Assembly (NCBI RefSeq): GCF_006345805.1
Contig: NC_043000.1
Coordinates: forward strand, 124,806,001 to 124,870,000
Length of the DNA stretch: 64,000 nucleotides
Origin: Octopus sinensis
Taxonomy: Eukaryota
Direction: 5' to 3'
Shown: in pieces, positions 24,640-37,065 of the stretch
Layout: every line of letters begins with the position of its first letter
Position numbering within the stretch: position 1 is the first letter of the stretch
The notes under the pieces: generated by a model
What the model was told of the DNA's origin: nothing
What the model saw: only the letters and a program-made list of their open reading frames with translations
Databases searched by the model: none
Translations under genes and position numbers: made by a program

Positions 24640-24945
24640 CAAATACTTGGAGCGAGGATGTTGCCAGTGCCGCTGACTGACTGGCTCCTGTGCAGGTGGC
24701 ACATAAAAAGCACCATTTGAGCATGGCCGTTGCCAGTACCACCTAACTGGCCCCTGTGCCGGTGGCATGTAAAAGCACCCACTACACTCTCAGAGTAGTT
24801 GGTGTTAGGAAGGGCATCCAGCTGTAGAATGCCAGATCAGATTGGAGTCTGGTGCAGCCATCTGGTTTGCCAGACCTCAGTCAAATCGTCCAACCCATGC
24901 TAGCATGGAAAGCAGATGTTAAACGATGATGATGATGATGATGAT
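24640..24945 (+). mobile_element. S3 RTE-derived repeat
   Basis: Diagnostic 3' end and (GAT)n tail; inverted partner at 25045-25420. Confidence 0.8.
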
Positions 24946-26054
24946 CCACATGTAGAGATTATGTCTTCTAAGACACTATAAGTGTTTCAAGATATTTAAG
25001 AAATCCAGTCTCTGAGGAATTTGGTCTTTAGTCTGCCTCATTCTCATCATCATTTTCGTCGTCACCATGATGATGACGACGACGACAATGACAATGACAA
25101 CGACAATGACTACAACGACGACGACGACCACCACCACCACCACCACCTCTATCATCGTTATCATCCTTTAACATCTGTTTTCCATGCTGGCATGGGTTGG
25201 ATGGTTTGACAGGAGCTGGTCAGCTGGAGAGCTGCCCAGACTCCATGTCTGTTTTGTCGTGGTTTCTATGGCTGAATACCCTTCCTAATACCAACTACTT
25301 TACAGAATGTATTGGGGGATTTTATGTGGCACCGGCATGGGTGCTTTTTATGCGGCACTGGCACACCACAAACCCACAAGATTAGGAATGCTCAGCTGAA
25401 TAAGAATGCAGGAGGACATGCCTGTGTGCAAGGACTAAAACCCCAGGCTGACAAATGCCTTGTGAGTGAATCTGATGGAAACTGTGTGGAAGCCTGTCAT
25501 ATAAATATATTTATATATGTGTATGTGTGCCTTTGTGCTTGTGTTTGTTCCTCCTCACTGCTTGACAACTGGTGTTGGTTTGTTAATATCCCTATAGCAC
25601 ACAGGTTTGGCAAAAGCGACTGATAGAATAAGTACCAGACTTGAAATGGAAAAAAGAGTATAGGGGTTTGATTTGTATGGCTAAACTCTTCAAGGTAGTG
25701 CCCCAGCATGGCTGCAGTCTAATGACTGAAACAAACAAAAAGCAAAAGAAAAAATAAACATATAAATAATAAAAAAAAGTAAAATGGTTGTAAAGTCAGT
25801 GTATTACAAGATGGAGAAAAGAAAGTGATATTAATATTTTGGGCAATATGTCCTTTGTCAAAATTGGCTGAAAGAAAAGAAAATTTCTTGGGGAAAAAAG
25901 CATAGTAAACAATGTTGAAAATGAAATAAGCAGAGGATAATGGTTACTGGAATGGAAGAGGAGAGTGACAGGCAGTGAGTGAACATCAGTTATGCATAGT
26001 AAAGAAATAGAATGGTTAGCAGAGAGTAAGTTTGTATGCATGCACAAATACATT

Positions 26055-26102
<48 letters not shown>

Positions 26103-26399
26103 TGTATGCATTCATGTATATATGCATGTGTGTATGTATAAGTACATGTATGCACGTATATACGTTTGTATTTATGCTTGTATGTGTGTGGTTAGGAGAG
26201 AGTTTGATAATATGTATGCATGACAGGGGGATTAACAGGGCAAGTTACAGCAAAATGAAGTGTGTGTGTGTGTGGGGGGGTGAGTGTATAAGAATATGAA
26301 GAAGAGAGTTTGTTCAAGGAAAATGTGGGTTGGATTGGAAGAAATGTAAGTTACAAATGATGGAGCACTCAAGGGATCAGGTGATGGTAAAATAGATGG

Positions 26400-27320
26400 T
26401 AAAGAGGAAGAGAACAAAGCTGATAATCTGGTGGGGGCTTAGGAAAGGGAGCAGAAGAAAATTCAGTAGTTAGTGCTAGTTGATGGCTAGTTTAGGATAG
26501 CTCTGTCAAAGAACAAGTGAATTATTTAGTGGGATTTAGCTTGGATGTCAGAGTCTTAGCTACAGAGGAAGCTGAGACACATGAATCATAAGTCGGAGTA
26601 TGTGTGAATGGGGTGAGATGAGGAGATATTGAGGAACCAGTGAATCAGGAGATTTGTGAAAGATGTGGCGTAAGAGGATGGAATTCACTTGCTTTAGTTC
26701 CATTTTAGCACTCATGTCTTTGGCCAACCCTTTATTACCCAACATTGTGTAAGCTTCACTTTCCAAATCCTTGACCACTTTATATGCATGCTCCACCAAA
26801 ACATAACCTTTTGCCTTAAATGATGATTGCATGCTTAATATATAAGAAAACCGGTAAAAGGTTAGCTGATGGAATTAGAGAGCATCTGCTGGATAACCAC
26901 CAGAATGACAAAGGATGTGTTCAAACTATTGCTTGACTCTTCAGTTCTTATTTTTTTATTGCCCACAAGGGGCTAAACATAGAGGGGACAAACAAGGATA
27001 GACAAAGGGATTAAGTCGATTACATCGACCCCAATTCACAACTGGTACTTAATTTATCGACCCCGAAAGAATGAAAAGTAAAGTCAACCTCGGTGGAATT
27101 TGAACTCAGAATGCAGCGGCAGACGAAATACCACAAAGCATTTCACCCGGCATGTTAACGATTCTGCCAGCTCGCCGCCTTAACTCTTCAGTTCTGTGGG
27201 TCATTCCTACATCTTGCCATCTTCTCTTCAACAACATCACTGTAATCCAGTTACCTTGATCTTCCAAGAACAACAGTTAATTTTCTGATTGGAGACAGCT
27301 ACCCGATCAGGTGTTATTCT
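26400..27320. mobile_element. decayed PLE: RT-thumb fragment on - strand (26700-26400) abutting a GIY-YIG fragment on + strand (26740-27320)
   Basis: Minus: HTYSDL*FMCLSFLCS*DSDIQAKSH*IIHLFFDR (thumb-like). Plus: YI..TGKRLADGIREHL..FQEQQLIF (GIY-YIG-like). Many stops. Confidence 0.55.
26949..27182 (-). mobile_element. S2 SINE monomer with 13-bp target-site duplication
   Basis: ACTCTTCAGTTCT at 26936-26948 and 27183-27195. Confidence 0.88.
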
Positions 27321-28959
27321 TATTTATCGTTCATCTTTTGTTTTACTCATTAGACTGTGGCCATGCTAGGGCACTGCCTTGAGGAATTTTAGTTGAATGA
27401 ATCAACCCCAGTACATTTTTATAAGTCTGGTACTTATTCTATTGGTCTCCTTTGCCAAACTGCTAAGTTATGGGGACATGAAAACATTAACACCAGTGGT
27501 CAAGCAGTGGTGATGGAACCCCCCCCCCACACACACACATTCAATGGGCTTCTCTCAGTTTCCATCTATGAAATCACTCACAAGGCTCCGGTTGGCCCAA
27601 AACTGTAATAGGAAACACTTGTCCAAGATGCCACATTGTGGAACTGAACCCAGAACCATGTGGTTGGGAAGCAAGTTACTCACCACTCAGTTACACCTGT
27701 GCCTATATTGATTAGCTTTTCTCTTATCTATGCCCTAAATTCAAACAAACGTCTGCATATTCACACCTCCTCCCTTCCACTGGCCTTTCACACATACACA
27801 AGTCTTTGTTTCCACCTAAAACTATTTTCTTCTAGGGTCATTACCTTCACTTCTGCTCCCTTTCTTTTTGCTTTTACACAGGCTATGTCCATATCACCGT
27901 GCCTTGTACTTACCTATACTACTTCCAGTCCCACTTATATTCACACTTACACTCACTCATAAACATGCATGCTGCATACCTACATCGATGCACTTCATAA
28001 CTACATGCCCCACTAATCCCTACCTACACTCGCACACACACACCATAAAAATTCTCTCCTACCCCATCACACTCTCATACATAGCATATACATACCAATT
28101 ACTTATTTGTATGTCTGTTATCTTATCTCTTTCCATGCATTGATCAATGTTTTCTCTCCTATCATCATACTCTTCTCTGTTAGAAACCGCAAATTTCTGC
28201 CCAACTCCATTTTGGCATTGTTTAGCATGCTGCCTTTATCACACACACACACAGATGTGCACCGAGGCACACACACATGTACACAGTGGCACACACACAC
28301 ACACACACACACACAAGTACGCAGAGGCACACACACACACATGTACACAGAGGCACACACACACACATGTACACAGAGGCACACACACACACACATGTAC
28401 AGATGCACACACACACGCACACATGTACACAGAGGCACACACACACACATGTACACAGAGGCACACAAACACACATGTACACACATGCACACACACACAA
28501 CCACACACACATATACATGCATGCACGCACACAGACATTTACTTTATGCAAATATCTTTTTTCTCCTTTCTTCTCAACCTACCTATCTTAAGAAAGCACA
28601 AATTGTCCAAAACATCAATATTTCTTCGTTTGCTTCACAATATAACACATTAACTTTGTTACTCGTTTCTGTTTTTCTTTTCATTCGCTTGTTTTCCTTC
28701 ATAATTTCCATTCAATAAATTCATCCGACTACCAGCAGTACGTAGAACTGTCTGTGGTTTGTTGTTATTTAGTCAATAGTTGTCACTACTTAGATCATCA
28801 TATTTGTAAATTGGTGTAAATCATAGAACACTATTATTTTTGACCAACAGTTTACAACTTTTTACTATTGCTACCTATTCTGACCAAATCAATATTCCTT
28901 TATGGCGGCCTTTTTTTTTTTCTTTTTCAATATTGAGATAGATAACATGAAAGCGTATT

Positions 28960-29200
28960 CGAAATGAGATTATTCAAGAATGGAATGGAGTGAATGATGG
29001 GATCACAGAATAACAGAAACACGAGTTCTGCTGGGCTGGCCATGTTGTAAGGTTCACAGACAACAGGTGGACCTATGCAGTTGCAGAGTGCTATCCAAGA
29101 GATTGGAAGAGGCCGTCTAGAAGGCTTTCATGATGAGGGGAAGATGATTTGGATAAGTAAATAGTACCAAGATGTAAAAGAATGGTGCAATGAAGACAAA
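28960..29200 (+). mobile_element. decayed RTE-clade LINE C-terminus (second subfamily)
   Basis: WAGHVVRFTDNRWTYAVAECYPRDWKRP resembles the WAGHV..DNRW..V.EW.PR..KR motif. Confidence 0.7.
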
Positions 29201-29209
29201 ATTAGAAGA

Positions 29210-29625
29210 GGGCAACGAGCTGGCAGAAATGTTAGCATGCCGGGAGAAATGCTTAGTGGTATTTCGTCTGCCACTACGTTCTGAGTTCAAATTCAGCCGA
29301 GGTCGACTTTGCCTTTAATCTTTCCAGGGTCGATTAAATAAGTACCAGCTACGCATTGGGGTCGATGTAATCGACTTAATCCATGTCTCTGTCCTTGTTT
29401 GTCCCCTCTGTGTGTAGCCCCTTGTGAGTAGTAAACAAATAGGTATTTCGTCTGTCTTTACGTTCTGAGTTCAAATTCTGCCGAGGTCAACTTTGCCTTC
29501 CATTCTTTCGGGGTCGATTAAGTAAGTTATGCACTGGGGTCGATATAATCGACTTAATCCGTTTGTCTGTCCTTGTTTGTCCCCTCTGTGTATAGCCCCT
29601 TGTGGGCAGTAAAGAAATAAGAATT
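29210..29625 (+). mobile_element. S2 SINE, head plus two 184-bp units
   Basis: GGTATTTCGTCTG at 29258 and 29442. Confidence 0.85.
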
Positions 29626-29784
29626 GGAAGCTCATTGTGACCAGTGATGTATAACAACATCTGATGGCCTGGTCAATACTGTAATAATGTGAGATAAATG
29701 ATGAAAACAGCAACAACAACAATGATAATAATTCTTTCTACTATAGGTTCAAGACTGGAAATTCAGTGGGACTAGTTGATTACA

Positions 29785-30129
29785 GAAGGTAAATGGCTCA
29801 GTGGTTAGAGTGTTGGGCTCACAATCATGAGGTAGTGAGTTCAATTCCTGGACTTGGCTGTGTGTTGTGTTCTTGAGCGAGACACTTTATTTCATGTTGT
29901 TCCAGTTCACTCAGCTGTAGAAATGAGTTGCGATGTCACTGGTGCTAAGTTGTATCGGCCTTTGCCTTTCCCTTGGATAACACTGGTAGCATGGAGAGGG
30001 GATACTAGTATGCTAGGGAGACTGCTAGTCTTCCATAAACAACCCTGCCCAGACTTGTACCTTGAAGGGTAACTTTCTGGCTGTTATCCTATGATCATTA
30101 ATAACTGAAAGGGGTCTTTACCTTTTACC
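29785..30129 (+). mobile_element. S4 CORE-like SINE with 13-bp TSD, inserted in an S2-type SINE
   Basis: CTAGTTGATTACA at 29772-29784 and 30130-30142. Confidence 0.88.
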
Positions 30130-30354
30130 CTAGTTGATTACATCAACTTCAGAGCTCAACTGGTACTTAATTTATTGAGCCTAAAAAGATGGAAAGCAAA
30201 GTCAACTATTCAGTATGTTCTATAAAGTGGTTTGATTTAGGAAGAGCATCCAGTCATACAAGCCATGCAAAAGCTGACATTGGGGTTTGACTCAGTCCTG
30301 TAGCTCATTGAATCTTGTCAGACCATCCAACTCATTCCAACACGGAAAATAGAT

Positions 30355-30513
30355 AATACAGTTCTATATTTAAGAGATGAGGAATTATGTACGTTATTTT
30401 CATTATTTACATTTACAAGACACCTGGTGAAGGCTGGAGGGTATATCAGCTGAAATGTTGTGTTAACAACAAACTAGATGAGGACAAATATCCGTCAAAT
30501 ATAAATAATGTAT
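30355..30513 (+). mobile_element. 159-bp hammerhead mini-element (family E) with inverted segment and 11-bp TSD
   Basis: GGAAAATAGAT at 30344-30354 and 30514-30524; 16-bp inverted repeat 30399-30414 / 30497-30512 (14/16 match); inserted in an S3 copy. Confidence 0.75.
30419..30464 (+). ncRNA. minimal hammerhead ribozyme, family E
   Basis: GACAC-CTGGTGA-A-GGCTG GAGGGTATAT CAGCT-GAAAT-GTT-GTGTT. Stems I and II pair; A6>G in the core. Confidence 0.65.
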
Positions 30514-31385
30514 GGAAAATAGATGTTAAGAGATTGATGGTGATGACGATGTAGAAACATGTTTAAAGTGCCCTTCTTTATTTATAACAGTGTAATGTGA
30601 TTTGATGAAAGTGTTAGCTAATATTTCTAGCATTACAAGGCAGTGAGCTGGCAGATTAAACACTTAGCAGCATTTCAATCCATCTATATGCTTTGAGTTC
30701 AAATGCAGCCGAGGTCGACTTTGCCTTTCATTCTCTTGGGATCGATTAAATAAGTACCAGTTATGCACTGGGGTTGATATAATCGACTTAATCCACGTGT
30801 CTGTCCTTGTTTGTCCTCTCTGTGTTTAGCCCCTTGTGGGTAGTAAAGAAATAGAAATAAGTACAAGTTGAGTACTGAGGGATCAATAAAATAAGTACCA
30901 ATTAAGCACTGGGGGTCAATGTAATCGATTTATCCCCTTCTCCAAAACTGCTGGCCTTGTGCCAAATTTTGCAACCAATATTTCTCGCAATTCAAGCAAA
31001 CAACACAAAAGCTAATCAATGACATCTTATCGAGTGCTTGAAGTGCTTTCTGTAGATGTTCTGGTTCTATGTCGAAGCTGTGATTCGTGCATTCACCAGT
31101 TTTTAAAGGATTCTTTCAATTACTTCATGACCTATCATAAAACCAACAGCACTCGTATTACCTAAAAATCTTATATATAACTCTTATTCTATACTGCTTT
31201 AAATTTCACTTCCTATACAGAATACACATCCTGTTATCTCCAACTGAATATATTTTCTTGCAAAGCATTGTGCTTCGTGTGAACGTGTCCCTTGAGGTTT
31301 AACTTCTTGTTATTGGTTTACACTTCAATACCAATGAGACACGAAGGAAGTCCTCTAGAATTTGGTATGAAAGCAAAATAATCAG

Positions 31386-31500
31386 CACAACTCACTGTTA
31401 AGCTTTCTGTTTTCATCTTGTATACCTCTTTCCTTTGAAGTCGTTTTCTTATTCTTGATATTAATGTTCCTATCAGTTTCATCCCTGTGCTATAGAAGAA
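31386..31500 (+). CDS. candidate exon encoding a hydrophobic segment (..FEVVFLFLILMFLSVSSLCYRR)
   Basis: Consensus donor GAA|GTAAGT at 31501 and an open frame; acceptor uncertain; a minus-strand exon reading (31489-31396) is also possible. Confidence 0.25.
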
Positions 31501-32420
31501 GTAAGTGTCTACATTCTGAGCAAAATTAAAAATATCAATAGAGATCTTTATATATATATGTGTGTGTGAATACACATATTTACATGCGCATACACATACA
31601 CATATACGCTGACACATGCATATGCATACAGATATATTCACACACTCACACACACACATTTACATAAACACATAAAATATATTTAGAAAGGGAAAAACAG
31701 AAAGAGAAGAGACAGGATGTGAGTTTGTCACACACTCACACATGTATAAATATCTACACACATGTATATATGGACAGATACACATGCATAAACAGACACA
31801 TACACACACAAATACATGCAGGGAGACACATATATGCGTAAGGTAGACACATATATGCATACACAAGCACACATACATGCACATATGCACACACACACAC
31901 ACACACACACGAGGAAATTTAAATATTGAGAATAACTGTAGACATTCATATCTTTTGGATTATAAAAGACTACAAGGAATATTAAACTGGTATACAACAC
32001 AGTGAAGGCACATGGCTCAGTGGTTAGAGCGTCAAGCTTACAATCGCAAGGTTGTGAGTTCGAATCCTGGACTGGGATTGGTGATGGTGGTGGTGGTGGT
32101 CGGGGACTGGTGTGCTATAATGCCGTTGAGAGATAGGTACCGAAATGGTGCGCATTCTCTCCTGATGACCCCATACACTTGCTGGCTTCTGGTATGTAAA
32201 AGCTTTCGAGTGGTAGCATTTCCATGTTCTTCACTCTTTTACTTGTTTCAGTCATTTGACCATGGCCATGCTGGAGCAAACAAATCGACCCCACCAGGAC
32301 TTATTCTTTGTAAACTTAGTACTTATTCCGTCTGTCTCTTTTGCCGAACTGCTAAGTTATGGGGACGTAAACACACCAACATCACTAGTCGAATGATGGT
32401 GGAGGAGAAACACAGACACA

Positions 32421-32508
<88 letters not shown>

Positions 32509-32524
32509 TATATATATATATGTA

Positions 32525-32704
32525 TGATTGACCGCTAGCTCCAAAAGTTTTTTATTCTCTCTGTTTATTTCCTCGTGTTCGTTTCTAATGAAGAGCATAG
32601 GCTCGAAACATAAAAGACTTTCTCACTTTCCCGAGTATTAAACTAATACATCTGTTTGTTGTTTATACACCTGTCTTCGCCTTTTGTTTTTCTGTAAATT
32701 TTAA
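32525..32704 (+). mobile_element. family-B hammerhead mini-element inside the microsatellite of an S1 SINE
   Basis: Homologous to 13967-14133; S1 halves at 32228-32460 and 32951-33127. Confidence 0.75.
32581..32616 (+). ncRNA. minimal hammerhead ribozyme, family B copy 2
   Basis: GTTT-CTAATGA-A-GAGC ATAG GCTC-GAAAC-ATA-AAAG. Confidence 0.6.
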
Positions 32705-34471
32705 CCACACACACATGCACACACACGCACACATACACACACATATATATATAATTCTTTTGAGAAAGAATATGATTATTCAGAAATTCTCTCACAAAGT
32801 TAAGGTTTGCACTTAGAAGTGCTCAAGAGGAACTTGAGACAAAAGAGGAAAATATATAATATGAAGAAGTGTAAGATTAAGTAATTTAATCCATAAACGT
32901 GACTCCGATTTCAGATGAATTTAAAGAACAAGTATATACTTGATACATTTATGTATATATATGATGGGCTTCTTTCAGTTCCTGTCTACCAAATCCACTC
33001 ACAAAGCTTTGGTCATCCCAAGGCTATAGTAGAAGACACTTGTCCAATGTGCCATGTAATGGGACTGAACCCAGAACCTTGTGGCTGGGAAGCAAGCTTC
33101 TTACCACACAACCATGCCTGTGCCTATGTATGTATATCTTTTACTTCTTTCAGTCTTTAGACTGTGGCCATGCTGGAGCATTGCCTTGAAGAATTTTTAG
33201 TCAAATGAAGTGACCCTAGTAGTTTTCTTTTAAACCTGGTACTTTATTGGTCTTTTTTGCTGAACCGCTAAGTTATGGGGACATAAAAACACCAACACTG
33301 GTTGTCAAGTGGTGATGAGGACAAATGCAGACATAATAACACACACACATGCACGATGGGCTTCTTTCAGTTTCCATCTACCTAATCCACTCACAAGGCT
33401 TTGGTCAACCTGAGGCTATAGTAGAAGACACTTGTCCAAGGTGCCATGCGGTGGCACTGAACCTAGCCCCATGTGGTTGGGAAGCAACCTTTTTACCACA
33501 CAGCCATGCCTTTGCTATATGTCTGTGTTTGTGCGAATTTGTAATTCATAGTTTTTTTTTTATTCTTTTGCTTGCTTCTGTCATTGGACTGTGACCACAC
33601 TGAAGCAGCCCTTTCAAGGGATTTAGTTCATTATGTCAAAAACAACATCATCCATCTAACCTTTTCCGTTACAACAGCCTTTGAATAACAACCCTGTTTA
33701 GATATGCGAGAGAACGTCTGCACATGATGCATGTATGACTTTAAGTGCGTGTGCGTGAGTGTGCATATCTATTATGTATGAACATGTGAGCGCATATATT
33801 TATTATGTATGAGGGGTAAATTACGTGTGTGATTGAGCCTCTGTAGCATATCACTTCTTATGTAGTCAAGCAAGATTATCAAATTAATGACACACACAAA
33901 AGTAACTGGAAGCAGCAAGCTAAGTTGAAAAGGATGTCTTCTTTCATCATCTTAACCAATGATATATCATTATTTTTATGCCAGTTCCTCTCCTTCAAAT
34001 TATGTCTTTCTGCTGACACTTCTTACCTGATCCTACAATGTTTTCTCTTTCTTTCATCTTAGTTGTGCTATGCCTCTCTCAGTCAAATATTGCTAGTTCA
34101 ATGGTTTGCATTTTTTCCCTCACATTCACACCATGTCTCAATTCCAAGACATCTGTATCAGCAATTTTGTCTTTTACTTCCTCATTATAGCTGTATCATG
34201 CTGAGTCTGTGTGGAAACCTCTGTGTGGTCATTTGACAAGGTAGAAATAACAGCTAAACATTACTGAAATAATAACATACCGTCTTAATAACGAAAGGAT
34301 GCAATAGATAATGTTGTTCTAAAACGCCCCTAAAAAGAGAGGATGTCTACCTCTGGGATGTGTGGATAAATAAAAAACAATGATGCCACTACGTCATATG
34401 CCCACATATGCTACTAACCCCAGGATTTTGAGTTCGATTCCAGGCAGTGACCTGAATAATAATAATAATAA

Positions 34472-34885
34472 TAGGCACAAGAGTGGCTGTGTGGTAAGTA
34501 GCTTGCTTATGAACCACATGGTTCCGGGTTCAGTCCCACTGCATGGCATCTTGGGCAAGTGTCTTCTGCTATAGCCCCGGGCCGACCAATGCCTTGTGAG
34601 TGGATTTGGTAGACGGAAACTGAAAGAAGTCTGTCATATATATATGTATATATATATATAAGTGTGTGTCTATATGTTTGTGTGTCTGTGTTTGTCCCCC
34701 TAGCATTGCTTGACAATTGATGCTGGTGTGTTTACGTCCCCGTCACTTAGCGGTTTGGCAAAAGAGACCGATAGAATAAGTACTGGGCTTACAAAGAATA
34801 AGTCTCGGGGTCAATTTGCTTGACTAAAGGCGGTGCTCCAGCATGGCCGCAGTCAAATGACTGAAACAAGTAAAAGTGTAAAAAG
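34472..34885 (+). mobile_element. full-length S1 SINE
   Basis: AGGCACAAGAGTGGCTGTGTGGTAAG head to GAAACAAGTAAAAG tail. Confidence 0.88.
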
Positions 34886-34971
34886 AGTTAAAAGAGAATG
34901 ATATAAATAATAACCCCAAGATTCTGATTCGATTCCAAGCAGTGACCTGAATAATAATAATAATAATAATG

Positions 34972-35030
<59 letters not shown>

Positions 35031-35031
<1 letters not shown>

Positions 35032-35199
35032 GCAAAAGGGACTGATTGCTACCAAACTCAGATACCAGGAAATCCCAAAATGGCAGAAATTCAAAGATTG
35101 CTCATGGGAACTGCTCATATCCTACGCAAAATACTCTCTATGTAATTCCCAAGGTTTAAAAAAACAACTGTTTTTCTTTTTTTTTTTTTTCTTTTGTTT

Positions 35200-35231
<32 letters not shown>

Positions 35232-35420
35232 CTTTTTAAAAAAAATTTTTATTTGTTTTATTTTTTATTTTTATGTATTAGACATTCACTAGTACAAACA
35301 CCAAAAAAAAAAAAAAACCCCCAAATATATGGCACAGAACTTCTAACCTGTTGTCTCTTGAGGTCTCTGGGTGAGACTTGGAGCCAACTTGTACAGACAT
35401 AAAGCAAAAGTTAAACATAG
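35031..35420 (+). mobile_element. extreme 3' end of an RLE-type (R4/Dong-like) LINE between (TAA)n tracts
   Basis: QIPGNPKMAEIQ..LMGTAHILRKILSM* matches the C-termini at 54499 and 57289; (AAT)n at 34950-35030 and 35421-35436. Confidence 0.75.
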
Positions 35421-36039
35421 AATAATAATAATAATACTAACAACGAGTGTATTGTAAAATATCCTTTCTTTTTTTTTCTGCCAATTTTCCAATTTTTTTA
35501 TTTTCCAATTCCAAATTATCTTAGAACAAATCCAAATGCTGTTTATATTATGACGTAAATAATTTGCAAGATGATAATTTAGATATAACAAGAAACAGTT
35601 CAACAGCAAACATTTATAGAACAAACACATAAAAACACATAACTGAAAGTCCAAAATAGAGTGTTTATCAAAATAGTTTAGCTGTTGCTATTTAAGGGAC
35701 ACTGACTTATCAATTTGTAGGGTTTCTTGTTCTTCACAACTGCTTGTGACTGCCCAGTCACATAACCTGCTCTCTCCCTCTCCCTTCTCTCTCCCCCACA
35801 CATACATACACACATACATACACACACAAGACTGTGTGGTTGAGAAATTTGCTTCTTAACCATGTTGATTTGTGGTCAGTCACTCTGCTTGGCTCCTTGG
35901 GCTTCTACTGTAGCTCTAGGCCAACCAAAGACTTGTGAGTGGAATTGGTAGATGAAAACTAAAAGAGGCCTGTGTATATATACATCAGCAAAAAAAACCT
36001 TAGGAACGAGAACCCTGGGTTGGGTTCAAAATTCAACTC

Positions 36040-37065
36040 CATTCTGATTTGGCATGGTTTTCTACAGCTGGATACCCTTTATAATGCCAACCACTCTGAG
36101 AATGTAATGAGTGCTTTTATGTGCCATTTGCGTGACACCAGTATCTGCCATGATTTTGTTTGGCTTAATGGATTTTCTTCTCAAGTACAAAGGTTTTGGT
36201 CATTGCCTCTGTGAGGCCCACTGCTCAAAATGACTTTGCCGAACACTCAAAAAGTGCTCTTTATGTTCTACTGGCATGGGTGCCAGTTATGTGACACCAG
36301 CATCATCCATGACTACGATTTCACTTGGCTCGATGGATCTTCTCAAGCACAGCATATCTCCAAAGGTCTCAGTCTCCTATCATTGCCTCTGTGATGTTCA
36401 AAGATCATGTTTCACCACTTCGTCCCATATCCTCTTGGGTCTACTTCTACCACAGGCTCCCTGTGTAGTTAGAGATTGGTACTTCTTTACACAGCTGTCC
36501 TCGTCCATACCAGCACAGTCGTCTCTCTTGCACACCACACCTGATGCCTCTTACGCCCAACTTTTCTCTCAAGATGCTTACACTCTGTCATAAATACACA
36601 CTGACATTACCCATCCAATGAAGCATACTGGCTTCATTTCTTTCAAGCCTACGTATGTCCTCAGATGTCACAGTCCATGTTTTACTACCATGCAGCATAG
36701 CTGTTCTTACACAGGCATCATACAACCTACCTTTCACTGTGTTGCCTTACTGGCACGCGAAAAACAATATTTGAGCGAGGTCGTTGCCAATGCCACTGGA
36801 CTGGCTCCTGTGCAGGTGGCACATAAAAAACACCATTTGAGTGTGGCCATTGCCAGTACCACCTGACTGGCCCTCGTGCTGGTGGCATGTAAAAGCACCT
36901 ACTACACTCTCGGAGTGGTTGGCGTTAGGAAGGGCATCCAACTGTAAAAACTCTGCCAGATCAGATTGGAGCCTGGTGCAACCATCTGGCTTGCCAGTCC
37001 TCAGTCAAACTGTCCAACCCATACCAACATAGAAAGTGGATGTTAAGCAATGATGATGATGATGA
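36040..37065. mobile_element. RTE fragment (-, 36040-36735) back-to-back with an S3 element (+, 36740-37065)
   Basis: RT C-terminal homology on the minus strand; (GAT)n tail at about 37050. Confidence 0.75.

Noticed and set aside
28107-28718. His/Thr-rich ORFs
   Set aside because: (CA)n-derived minisatellite with no coding complexity.
32004-32075. tRNA gene
   Set aside because: A and B boxes are present but the acceptor stem does not close; it matches the heads of the S4-type SINEs.
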